DNA from: Torpedo marmorata
Lineage: Eukaryota
Reading direction: 5' to 3'
Assembly (NCBI GenBank): GCA_977017645.1
Contig: OZ360219.1
Location: 22,692,001 to 22,756,000, forward strand
Length of the DNA stretch: 64,000 nucleotides
This document shows, piece after piece, positions 36,624 through 48,556 of this stretch. Under the pieces are notes generated by a model. That model saw only the letters and a list, made by a program, of their open reading frames with translations, was not told the origin of the DNA and did not search any database. Every line of letters begins with the position of its first letter. The first letter of the stretch is position 1. A program made the translations under genes and the position numbers.

Positions 36624-39080
36624 CACATTAAATTTATGATCGCTTGCTATTATAATACCCCAGCCCTCACTGTGTCTTTTTGCCAAACTGTTCCATAGGT
36701 CAAAGGAAACTTGAGAAATAGCAATGTCTGTTTTTCATTGAGGCTGGAACAAATTGCCCAATGTTCAGTTCAATGATTTCAAGTTATAACCACAGTTTCC
36801 ATTTACCAGAGCAGTAGGTGCTGCCAATGCTTCTACTCTTTCACGTTTATGTTTTCTGCACAATTTTGATTTAATTCACCAATTTTAGCCTCTCCGTTGT
36901 TCTTTTGTCATCTTTTCCACTTGACCAGTCCTCCCCTTTCTTTCTTCCCTTCTCCCCTCCCACTCTATACATGAATCTGCAATATTTGCCACCTATTCCA
37001 AAATCAAAATTTATGCAGATGCTGAGGAAAGCTCATTAACTGAAAGTTAAATGCTTGTTGAGCTGCTGTCAGAGCCGAAACTTTCAGTTTCCTCAGCAGA
37101 GATGCTGGCTACCTACTTGCTATTTTGCATTTTATTTACAATTCAGATTTCTTGCATCTGCATTTCTTTGCCCTGGAAATACCAAAACACTTGAGACTCC
37201 AGTGTTTATTTGTAATTGAAAATTATTAATGTAATTATTAGATTATGAAGGTTTACAAATAATGAGTGAGTGTTTGGTGTGAGCAGGGCTCAAAGGGCCA
37301 AATTGTCTTCTGTAACAATGGATATTATGTGACATGGTCTTAAATAACAGCAAGAAAGAGAAACAAAATGAAGAACAGGATCTGTCAGTTATCAATTCTT
37401 ACAATTTAGACACTTTTTGAAAGCACTGCAATTGTCAAATTGTATGTTGTTGCATTCAGAGTTAACCTCAAAGACAATAGTCAAGATTGTTCAGAAAAAA
37501 AGGTCAGCTAGTTGCCTTTAGTTCTCAAAGGACAAACATTTGTCTCTCATTTTGGTAACAAAACCAGACATTTTCTCCCTGTGTCATATACACAGTTTCT
37601 AACAAGAGCAAAATCTGAGAGAGAAGTCTTGGCAGGGATGACATTTCAAAGAACTTTACAGTTCATCAAGCCTCTACAAACTCTTTAAAAGAGCTCTCTG
37701 AATCTGCAGTAACAGATTCAAAGCTAAAAATACTGTACCTATTTTAAGGTTACATCTTGTTACATCAATGTTATACCAGTGTTATACATTAACAGGCCTC
37801 TTTCCACCATTACACAAAGGCCTAGAGCTGAATATGTACCTGGATTCAGATGCAGGCGCAGAAGGTGGGATGGAGATTTGGGTTACAACCATTGGCAGGT
37901 GAGCACCAAGGACCAGCACAACAGCAAATGGGCAGTCCAAACCCTGGTCTTTAGTCTCAAGCCTCATTCCACAAAACTCCTGGTTTCCAATTGAAAGTAA
38001 ACTGCATAATTAGGTCAACCGTTGCTCCTTTTCAGGCACTGATTTGACCTTGGGATTCTCAGCCAACAAGAACAGATAAACTGGCATTCTTTTCTAAATG
38101 TCACATGGGATAATAAATTTTCACTTCAGATACATCTACAGCAACTGCAGATAACCCTAACCAGGACAATCCCAAAAAGGATCATTGACATGTTAGGTTG
38201 GTCAATCATAGGGGAAGGAGAATAAAAACAGAAAATGCTGAGCAGGTTAAGCAGTATCTGCGGAGCAGCCTTTCTCCATCAATAATCTCTGATCTGTTAA
38301 ATACTTTCAGCATGTTATGCCTTCTTTTCAGATTTCCAGTGTCTGCAGTTATTTAGCTTATTGATGGGATGTGCAACTTTGAGAGGAGAGTAGAAAGAAA
38401 ATATTACGTTTGATTAAAAGATGCTTTAGTCAGAAATGAGCTGCAATTATTTAAAAAGATGTGCACTTTGCAATGAACGTGCAACAAGTAATACAAAAGG
38501 ATTAACAAACCGTAGTTTTCAAAAACTGTTCTGCTGGGGTACAAAACATGCAACACAAGCATAGTATTCTTGTGCCAAGTAAGCAACAAGATTGTCATGT
38601 GTTCATTAAATTTACAACGTGGCTCCAAAACAAATGTGGAAGGTAGTGAACTCAATTTTAATCACAGCTCAGAATTTTTTTTATCTGCTGGAGGAAAACT
38701 GTTTAAAGAACTCACATATGCCTGATCCTGTTTAATCCTGTGCACAAAACACAATTAACTTTCATAAAAATATGTGATTAGGTTTCAGGAATCTAAATTG
38801 TAATTGGTTGATGGCATTGCAAATTTTCCCAAAAAATGAAAGCAAATCCAAACACATGCAAGACTGTCAACTAACCAAGATAACAACTTCAATAAAACAA
38901 GAGTAAATTAATCAATATGACTTTGTAAATCTATTTATCATCAAGGTTCACGGAAAAGTGCCTCGGAGAGCAGGAGAGTGGAGGGAAGAACGGGGATTAA
39001 ACAAGTGGGGAGAGTGGGAGGGAAAGTTCCAGTCATCCAAGGAAATATTATTTAATGCTATTTGTTGTGTTTAAAATGAC

Positions 39081-39190
39081 CTGTCCTGATGATGCCAGCA
39101 AGTTGATTGTAGTCAGAAGCATCCATCCTCTACTTGATTCTTCATTTTGATTAATTTCCAAAAATTGGACAATGGCACGACTAGCTGCCT
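39081..39190 (-). CDS. WDFY3: WDFY3 coding exon, 110 nt (not in the ORF track)
   Basis: caacag|AG GCA...GGA CAG|gtcatt. Encodes (E)AASRAIVQFLEINQNEESSRGWMLLTTINLLASSGQ. Phase 1 start fits the previous exon and phase 0 end fits the next. Confidence 0.95.
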
Positions 39191-40146
39191 CTGTTGACAG
39201 AAGGAAATAATAAACAAATATAACGAATTACTGTGCCAATCACCAGAAATATCACTGAGAATGCTTTTGTCGTCACAAAATAGAGTACATTTCATATTTT
39301 GATAATAGCAGATACTAAATAACGAAAATTGTATGCAATGCCATAAAGCATCACAAATACAAATTGTATGAATAAATTAGTGCATTACTATCGATAAGTG
39401 AACTTATAATCACTGAACAAGTTACATGTCACATATGATGGGCAAAATTCAGTTCACAACCAGAAAAATTATATAAAAAGAAGAAATTTGATTAAAGAGC
39501 ACTTGTAAGAAAGCAGCTGCAGACAACAGTAAATTGAACTCTGGAATATTTTATAAACAAAATGCAAGTCATCGTGAATGCTCAGACTAATAAGCATTCA
39601 AGAAAATAACTTCAGAGATCAAAAAGGCACAGTAAAATGTTAAGTGGGGACTGTAGCTGTCTTTATAAAGGGGATGAAGTGAAGGTTACATTAAGCGCAC
39701 CATAAAATATTAGACAATGTAAAAAATAAAAACTGAAGGTATTCCTGAAAATGGGAAGTCACCTTGTTCAGATAGAATCAAGCCTGGGTCATTAACTGAA
39801 GCAAAGAAAAAAAAAATCACAGGCAATTTTTCAATCTTTCGATTAGATTATTGGTTATGGCAGCAGCATCATAGAATTATGAATGATGTACTAAAAGAAA
39901 GGGCAAAAATTGAGTGAACACAAGTTAATAAATACTCATGCTGGTGATACTTGTGTCTAACAACTAAAATATTTGATCAGGTCATTCAGCGGATGTTGTG
40001 TATATGGATTTCTAGAGGCATTGAATGAAGTACACTTCAAACGATACTAAAAGTTAGGTTAAAAGCATGAGCTTAAAAGAGAAAAGCAATAAAATTCAGG
40101 GATAAAACCTGAAGCGCTCAGATTCAGCAAATGAAGAGAAGATCAT

Positions 40147-40829
40147 TGTAAGAGCCATAGGCTCACTACTTGCCCGATGTTTTGGCCGCGGGCGCCGGCG
40201 GTGTTCCGGGGCCCGTGGGCCTCTTCCATTAGGCTGCACGCGCGAGTGCCGCCACCGCTTGCGGAGCTGGAGGGTGGCGGCGCTTGCGTGGTTGGCTCGG
40301 CGGCTTCGGCCGGCGCATCCATCAGTGCACATGCGCACTGATGGACTGGGTCGACGCGTGCGCGGTTGTCTCAGCCCTGGCGGCGAGCGGTTGGAGCCGG
40401 GGCCAGCGCGTGTACTACGGAGCATGCGCGGGTGGGACCTGCGCGTTTAAATATAGGTTCCCCCGCGCGAGTCGACAGTTGAAAACCTGAGGAGGGTGAG
40501 TTGGGTGTCGACAATTCCTGTCGACCGTTTAGGACACGTTTGATACGTTTAGGATCGTTTGATATCGTTTAGGATACGTTTTAACATCGTTTAACACGTT
40601 TTGGAACACCTTTTATAACTTTTTAAAATCGTTTTAGATCCTTTTACATTGTTTTACCTCACTTCAAGAAATGTTTGTATTGAAGTCACTTGAAGATTAC
40701 TGCAAGTCAAATGTAAATAAAGGTTTTTGAACATTTTGGACTTTGCTAGTAAATTAATGAAAACGCGTCGCAGACAAACACCTAACTTAGCCTCCAAGTG
40801 ACTATTTTTTATTGGACGAAGTCGCTACA
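40147..40829 (+). repeat. BEL 5' LTR (683 bp) with CpG-rich U3
   Basis: Direct repeat of 45258-45961; TATA-like tttaaatata 40446-40455; AATAAA near 40716. Confidence 0.95.
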
Positions 40830-41258
40830 TTAAGTCGACAGGAAATTGTTGTACTAAGTCGACAGGAAATTGTTGTATTAAGTCGACAGGAAAGGTCGCT
40901 GAAACGGAAAATAGGATAGGAAGGAGAAGCCAGGAGGGTCAGTGAGGTTTTCAGATACATAAGGACCACACTTAGCCTCCAAGTGACCAACGTTGGATCG
41001 AAGTCACCGCAACCTACATAGTCAATAAAGAGCTGGCTGTTTGGAACAGAAAATAGAAGGAAAGAAGATAAAAAAAACTCGTTTGTGGATTGCAGCACAT
41101 TACAGTCAGTTGAAGTGGTTGGCATAAGTCTGTGGACTCCTTCTGTGTATCTTTAGTAAGTAAGAACACAGATTGGAATTGCTGCCGCTGGTCCATTGGG
41201 GACTGTTGTTTGGCTGGTATTGTGTATGCTTGAAGGAAAGAGGAACTAGACGAGTAAA

Positions 41259-44010
41259 ATGGCCGCAGCAGCCTCTGACACAGCAGCTACTGATATATCA
41301 GCAGCTGGCGCAGCAACCGCTGATGTTGCTGTTGAGGACCAACGTATTGAAGACATGAAGGTTTCGGATATTAAAGAAGAATTGAAGTGACTGAAAAAGG
41401 ACATAAGAGGAAATAAAAGGGTTCTTATCGAAAGATTGAAGCAGGCAAAGGATGAAGAGGCAGCTTCATTAAATGAACAAGAAGATAACTTGGAAATGGC
41501 TGAAATTGTGTCAACAAATGATGAAGAAATTAAAGTGGTTAAAGATGCAAAGGATATACAATTTGAATTGAATAAAGAGGTAAGTATGAAGACTACATAT
41601 GAACTGCAGAACGAAATACAAGCAAGTGACAGTGTCTCAAATGCTGAAAGCAGGAGAAGCAAAAGAAGTTCTGGTTCGAGCTCCAGAGTTTCTCGTACTA
41701 CAAGTTCTGCATCGTCACGTACAGAGATTGATGTTGACTTGGCCGCTCTTTTTGCACAACAAAAAACGCTTAAGGAGAAACATATTTTAGAACAAAAGGA
41801 GGAGCAGATAAGACAAAAGGAGGTGCAGCTAAAGGAGCAGCTAAGACAAAAGGAGGAGCAGATAAGACAAAATGAGAAGCAGCTAATGGAGCAGCTAAGA
41901 CAAGAGAAGGAGCAGCTAAGGCAGAGAAAAGAACAGCAGGAGCTGGAAGCAAACATTGCTATTGCCAAGGCAGAAAAGAAAGCAATAGAAGGCTCAATGG
42001 TATCTGGTGCTAGCAGTAAATTATCTAAATTGTCTGATAATAAAGGGTCATATTTAAAAAAGGAGTCACAGGAAAAGAAACCAACCAAAAGGATAGATAT
42101 TTTAGAACCAAGGATACAAAACTTACATATACAAGGACAAACCTTTCAAGGGCATATTGGTATCGAGTCATATGTACCAATAGTAACATCTGAAGACAAG
42201 GCTGCGGCTTGGGTTCGGTCGAACGAAGCAGCTTCTTTGTTATTTGAGTCAAGAATCAGAAATATGGAAGAAACTACACCAGTGAGGTTTCCAGATACAT
42301 TGCATGCAACAAGAGACAGTGAACAGAGCAATGTATTGACATCCAAGGAAAGACAAAATGAAATTGCTGCATCATTGTTTCAGTTACAGTCTCTCTCTTC
42401 TTTACCCAAAAAAGAGATACAAACCTTTGATGGTGATCCACTTCAATATCAATCATTTATGAGATCTTTCAAACGCAATATTGAAGATAAATGCCAAGAT
42501 CGTGATGAATGTCTTTATTATTTGGAAATGTTTACAAAGGGACATCCAAAAGAACTGGTAAAGAGTTGTAAACAAATGTCTTCAGGAAGAGGATTAGACA
42601 AAGCTAAGGCTTTATTGGAACAATATTTTGGCAACAAGCATCGAATTGCTTTAGCTTATATGGATAAAGCTCTTAATTGGACATCAATAAAACAAAATGA
42701 TGTAAAGGCTCTGCAAGAATATACTCTGTTTTTAAGAGGATGTTGTAATGCTATGGAAGAAATCGATAATATTCGTGAGCTTGAAGTGCATAGTAATATG
42801 CGAATCATCTTAGAAAAATTACCTTACAAGTTATGGGATAGATGGAGAAATTTGGCTTGTGATTTACAAGTAGATTACGGTCGAAAGAGTACCTTAAAGG
42901 ATTTGGTAAATTTTCTTGAACGACGGGTGTACGTTGAAACAGATCCACTATATGGAAATGCCAGAGATAATTCAATGGGCAAAGATGTAAAGAAGTCTAA
43001 TACACAGTCTAGTCCGAAAGTAAAAAGGAGTACCTTTGCTACTAATGTGCAAGTTATAAGTAAAGGACAAAGTAAATAAGGAAAAGGAAAGTTTGCCTAA
43101 TGAAAAGAGTTGTTTGTTCTGTAAAGGTGGACATGCTTTGGAAATGTGTTTACGATTGGAAAAGAAGGAACATAAGGAGAAGATCGCTTTCTTAAAGGAA
43201 AATGGAATATGTTTTAGCTGTTTGTGTAAAGGACACATCAGTAAAAACTGCGAGAAGCGAATTAATTGTAACATATGCAATTTGAAACATCCTAGAATTT
43301 TGCATATCCATAACAGAAACAAGGAATTGGGAAAAGAGCAAACAGAAACAAAGGAAACAACAGAAAATAATGTTATAACCTCGGTTCAGACAAGTGGTCT
43401 TACTGGGGCCAGAATGAATAACTGCAAACTTTCAATAGTGCCTGTACAAGTCAAGACCAAGAAAGGGGATGTAATAGTTAAAACATATGCATTTTTAGAT
43501 CCAGGCAGCACTGCTTCCTTTTGCACGGAATGACTAATGAATAAACTTAATATTCAAGGAAGAAGATCAAGAATTATGTTAAGAACAATGGGACAAGAAA
43601 AGGTTGTTGAAACTAACATTGTTTCAGGCTTAGAGGTTGCTGGATTGGATGACAAAAAATTTTGTGATCTTCCAAGTGTATATACTCAGAAGACTATGCC
43701 TGTGAATGAAGGAAATATTCCTCATCAAAGGGATATCCATCATTTAGCTTATCTGTGGAAGGTTTATTTACCTGAAATTAATTCTGAGATAGAAATGCTG
43801 ATTGGTTCAGATGTGCCAAAGGTTTTGGAACCGAAAGAAGTAATAGAGAGTAAAAGGAATGGACCTTACGCTATTAGAACCAAGTTTGGTTGGACAATCA
43901 ATGGACCACTGGAAAGAAATAATGATACTGCTCAGGAACAGTTAGCGATAAATATTAATAGAATTTCGGTTGAGAAAGTTGAAGAGTTAAGCGAAGAGCA
44001 AAAACCGTGA
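41259..44010 (+). pseudogene. BEL gag-protease with an N-terminal SAP domain
   Basis: ATG 41259; in-frame TGA at 41388; frameshift ~43060; TGA at 43531; ORFs 41436-43079, 43093-43533 and 43537-44010. Confidence 0.85.
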
Positions 44011-44915
44011 CTAAGAAAATCACTTTTGAAGAAAAGAAAACAGATCAATGTGAAAATAAATCAATGGTATTTAAAACAACATTGAAGGAATTAATTTCGT
44101 CAGAAATGGATGAAAGTGAAGTATTAAAAAATGTTGCAAATAATACTATTGATCATTCATGTGTAATTGAATCCAATACAGGAATAAAACAAGTGACTGA
44201 AAACAAATCTGAATGTAGATTTTGTAGTTCAGAGATTACAACAGACAAAGCTAACGAAGAAATATTACAATGTGATGTAAAACTGGAAAACACAGAAAAC
44301 TGTACTGATGGAATAAAGAATATTGCGAATGATAATTTAATGCAATTGAATTCAGAGAAAAAAATGTTGAAAGGGGAATTGGAAATATTAGATAATCATG
44401 AAAACAGTAAACAGAAAGATTTAATTGTAAGTAAAACTCGCAAAGTCAGAAAGCGGAAGAAAAGAATAACTGCTGAAGAAATTAATACAGTTATCGAGGA
44501 AAGAGATTTAGCATTATCAAAATGTAAAAGGTTGGAGGAAGAGATTAATGTTTTGAAAGAGAACAAGTTATTGGTTAATAACACAAAACAATTAACAATG
44601 CAGAAAGAATGTGATATTGCATTGCAGAAATGTAACAAGCAAGACGAAGAAATTAAAAAATTTCAAGTTTGTCGCAACAGGATTGACAATGGAAATATCA
44701 ATGTATCACATGATATTTTGACTTCAGATCAAAGTATTAATTTCTCGAAAAGAACTGAGACCGAATTGAAAGTCGCAAAATTGGATTTGGAATTGCAGGA
44801 AAAAGCAATAGAAACAAGAGTGGTTAAACAGACCTGTTTAAAATCGAAAGGATCAAATAAATATTCAAATTCCAGTTCTGAGAGTTCAAATTCTTCACGA
44901 GAAGTGGAATACTGA
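44007..44915 (+). CDS. Coiled-coil ORF replacing pol; contains MIPOL1-like segments
   Basis: 302 open codons with no RT motifs; RITAEEINTVIEERDLALSKCKRLEEEI and LELQEKAIETRVVKQT resemble MIPOL1 as recalled. Needs BLAST. Confidence 0.6.
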   Translation: MTKKITFEEKKTDQCENKSMVFKTTLKELISSEMDESEVLKNVANNTIDHSCVIESNTGIKQVTENKSECRFCSSEITTDKANEEILQCDVKLENTENCTDGIKNIANDNLMQLNSEKKMLKGELEILDNHENSKQKDLIVSKTRKVRKRKKRITAEEINTVIEERDLALSKCKRLEEEINVLKENKLLVNNTKQLTMQKECDIALQKCNKQDEEIKKFQVCRNRIDNGNINVSHDILTSDQSINFSKRTETELKVAKLDLELQEKAIETRVVKQTCLKSKGSNKYSNSSSESSNSSREVEY

Positions 44916-45257
44916 AAAATGAAATAAAGTGAAACGACATGTTGAAGAAGTGCCTTGTGTTAAATTCAAAAAGAAAGCTGTGTCTATTCTGTCTGAGGAA
45001 GATCTGAGGTTTACTGGTAGACGTTTGTAACCCAAGGATTCTACAGAAAATGGAGGAACTGTAATAATTACAAAATGACTTTATTTTGTTGAATTTTGTG
45101 TTTGTACTTTGCCCACTACACGGACTGTAGAGTGGGGAAGAAAGAAGAAAAGATTTGTATATTTGTTCGAATGTTATATGGTCATTGTTATTATAATGTT
45201 ATAGTTATGTAATTATTATTAGAGACGTTACATCTCATTATAATAATTAGAGGCCGG

Positions 45258-45961
45258 TGTAAGAGCCATAGGCTCACTACTTGCCCGATGTTTTGGCCGA
45301 TGTTTGGTGGTGTTCCGGGGCCCGTGGGCCTCTTCCATTAGGCTGCACGCGCAAGTGCCGCCACCGCTTGCGGAGCTGGAGGGTGGCAGCGCTCACGTGG
45401 TTGGCTCGGCGGCGGCGGCTTTGGCCGGGGCCGGCGTATCCATCAGTGCACATGCGCACTGATGGACTGGGTCGACGCGTGCGCGGTTGTCTCGGCCCCG
45501 GCGGCGAGCGGTTGGAGCCGGGGCCAGCGCGTGTACTACGGAGCATGCGCGGGTGGGACCTGCGCGTTTAAATATAGGTTCCCCCGCGCGAGTCGACAGT
45601 TGAAAACCTGAGGAGGGTGAGTTGGGTGTCGACAATTCCTGTCGACCGTTTTGACATCGTTTAGGACACGTTTGATACTTTTAGGATCGTTTGATATCGT
45701 TTAGGATACGTTTTAACATCGTTTAACACGTTTTGGAACACCTTTTATAACTTTTTTAAATCGTTTTAGATCCATTTACATTGTTTTACCTCACTTCAAG
45801 AAATGTTTGTATTGAAGTCACTTGAAGATTACTGCAAGTCAAATGTAAATAAAGGTTTTTGAACATTTTGGACTTTGCTAGTAAATTAATGAAAACGCGT
45901 CGCAGACAAACACGTAACTTAGCTTCCAAGCGACTATTTTTTATTGGACGAAGTCGCTACA
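45258..45961 (+). repeat. BEL 3' LTR (704 bp)
   Basis: Differs from the 5' LTR by roughly a dozen substitutions and a few indels (counted by eye). Confidence 0.95.
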
Positions 45962-46564
45962 ATCATCAATAGACAAAGAAGATTGGAGATGTTCAAAAGA
46001 CTGGAATAGGCCATGCTTAGTGGTCGCAGAGGACTGTGTAGAGCATAAAGGGTTTATAAAGGAAAGCAAGGGGGTTGGAGAGGGCCAGGAATGTTGGAAG
46101 ATTTGATGGGGTGAAAGAGGGGTGGGAGTGGAGAGGGGTAGAAGGCCAAGAGAATAAAGAGAGACACTTTTTACCATAGCATTAGTTAACTAAAATATCA
46201 CCTGTGATCTTGGTGAGGCTTTTTCAGAATAGTTATAAACATTTAACTGGAGGAATTCAAACATGGAGTTTCAGGAAACACGGTATGCCTTTAGAATCAT
46301 ACAACCCAGTAAAGGACTTGAGGAGAAAGGGGATTGGTGATGTTGAGTGGTGTTGGGAGGTAGATGCATTACCACAAATGCAAGACAAAAAGAGATGATA
46401 AATATCAAGGGATATACTGTAAATAAATATTCACACTTGCAGTTAGTGCAAAAAAAAAAGCAAATGACATTTCATGAGTGCAGGAAGATATGAATGGATA
46501 CAGTAAAGCACGAAATTTGATTTTTTGAGCATACTTATACCTATAACAAGATGGAAGCTGTTGA

Positions 46565-46709
46565 AAGTAAAACACGAAAATCTGCAGACACCGTGGTTGA
46601 AGTAAAAACACAAAATGCTGGAGAAACTTAGCAGGTCAAACGGTGTCCTTTATATAGCAAAGGTAAAAATACAAAACCGATGTTTCGGGCTTGAGCCCTT
46701 CATCAAGGT
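46565..46709 (-). mobile_element. Penelope terminal fragment with hammerhead-like motif
   Basis: ccttgatgaagggctcaagcccgaaacatcgg...gtgttttac; TSD agctgttga 46556-46564 / 46710-46718. Confidence 0.85.
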
Positions 46710-46789
46710 AGCTGTTGAGTTCATCAGGTCCATACCAGCAAACCCATTCATCTCCTTATTTCCCTGTGCCTCTTTCTCTCATCACGCAA

Positions 46790-46950
46790 GGGTAATTTAC
46801 ACTGCCAAATTAATCTATCAAAGCACCTGAATAAAACTTGTATGGTTACGGAAAGAATGTGAAAACTCTACAAAGACAGCATCCAAGGTCAGGATTGAAC
46901 AGAGGTCCCTGGAGCTACGAGATAGCATCACTAACTGCATCAGCACCACT
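46790..46950 (-). mobile_element. Degenerate tRNA-derived V-SINE/HE1-like fragment
   Basis: Minus strand reads gctatctcgtagctccagggacctctgttcaatcctgacc...gtagagttttcacattct (B-box and V-domain-like). Confidence 0.55.
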
Positions 46951-48556
46951 TGCTACTTTAAAACTTAACAGGAATAATCAACAACACTCAAGGCAGTACG
47001 TATGAGTAACAAATGTCTGAGAGGGAGCAAGCGCTGAATAGCATAAAATAGAAGTCACTGCCAAAACATACAAATTATTTTATTTTTCATGATTACCTTA
47101 TCAAATCCTAAGGCTTTCTATGGTTTACCCACACATGCCACTTCTGGTTCCTCAGGTTATGGTAGACAAAAATTAAAGAATTTCATGTATGTTACATTCC
47201 AAATGTAGCATTACGTGACAATAATGGAACCTTTACCCTTTAAGTTGAAAGTCGTTGGCCTTGCATGGTTAACATAGATCAATCAGCAATTATAAGTTCT
47301 TCACCATATAAAATGCAGGCAAATAGAAACAATTATAGAGAAATAACTAAATAAGAGATGATCCTAGATAATAAAATCCAGTGATATGTACTAACTTTGT
47401 ATCTAAATATTGCTTTCAGTAATCTACAAACTTAAAAATACTTTGCTTAAGAGTAGAATAAATTATATTGTGGCCCAACTGCATCTAAATAATACATAAA
47501 ACACTTAACAACGAACTGATTGGTTCATTTAGCTAAGATTTGCGTATTGGTGAAATAAGTCACCCGAAACTCCAACACAAATAATTGATGCAGCAGCCAT
47601 CCACAATTCACTCTTTATAGTATATGGCTTAGAATTGAAAGAGGTATCACCTGCCAGCATGCTAGCTAACTTCAATCTTTTCAAAAGTGAGAAATTATTG
47701 GAGATATGGTTGTGTCAGGTGCAAAGATTGATATATAAAGTATGATAAGAATCAACAATATCTTCTGATTTGGAGGTAGACTACATAATTGGTAAAGATT
47801 TAGGTGCAACAAGATATAAAGTGACACTAGTTAAGTTAAACAGGGTACTAACAAACCTAGAGGAAATTGTCAATTTTGATTTGCAACCACAATGAAGAGG
47901 TACAGCAAATCTCGAACACATTTCTTCAAATTCAAAGTTGTTAACACTTGTTTGAGGTTTACAATCCTATTAACATACAAATAAAATTTTACTTTGAACC
48001 ATCATAATCTGGACCAAAAACTTTCACATTAATGCAAGGCAAATTTTAAAATGCTGTAACCCTTCTCAACTGCAAAAACTAACAAATAGATTCCAATCTC
48101 CAAGATTTTCCAAAACAATAAAAAGCAATGCTGTAAATCTATGGGCTTTTGTCTCTGGTTGAAGAGCCAGGTTCAACTTTTCTGAGGTTTCCCTGATTTA
48201 AATAAACTTGATAATTGCCACTGAAGTATTCGAATAACAGGAGTGAGAATTAAACAAATTCAACTTAGTAAGAATTTGTCTTTATCAGTGAGTTTAAAAA
48301 CAAATGTTTTCAACATCTTTCAGTCTGGACTGTGAGGTGGATTTCTTAAAAGTTCTTTTCTGCAGAGTTGACAGATTGGAACACAGAAAATTTGCAGGTC
48401 AAAAATTCATTTCCCCTCATCATACCTACTCTGAATACAATAATCTTGTCTGCAGCACAAAGATTCCATGTCAAACAAGGGCCAATTAAACCAAAGGGGT
48501 AGGCTGAACATCAACATGCAAGCCCATCAAATGTGCGGTAGGAATGCATTGCGATG

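Larger units (their letters stand above)
40147..45961 (+). mobile_element. Non-autonomous BEL/Pao LTR retrotransposon lacking RT/RH/IN
   Basis: Two TGT...ACA LTRs; 5-bp TSD ATCAT (40142-40146 / 45962-45966); DUF1759-like Gag FDGDPLQY, three Cys/His knuckles, protease AFLDPGS, GPYAIRTKFGWTING. Confidence 0.93.

Noticed and set aside
39400-40080. Very old CR1-like traces (also ~47580-47930)
   Set aside because: Only a VYMDF-like remnant is recognisable; boundaries cannot be supported.
40096-40490. Arg/Pro-rich ORFs, repeated at 45277-45635
   Set aside because: Stop-poor GC-rich LTR sequence; indels between the two LTRs do not preserve a protein.
41246-42088. 280-aa antisense ORF (and 75-380)
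   Set aside because: Mirror of E/K/Q-rich coiled-coil coding sequence on the opposite strand.
44007-44915. Interpreting the extra BEL ORF as an env gene
   Set aside because: No signal peptide or transmembrane segment visible; it replaces pol rather than following it.
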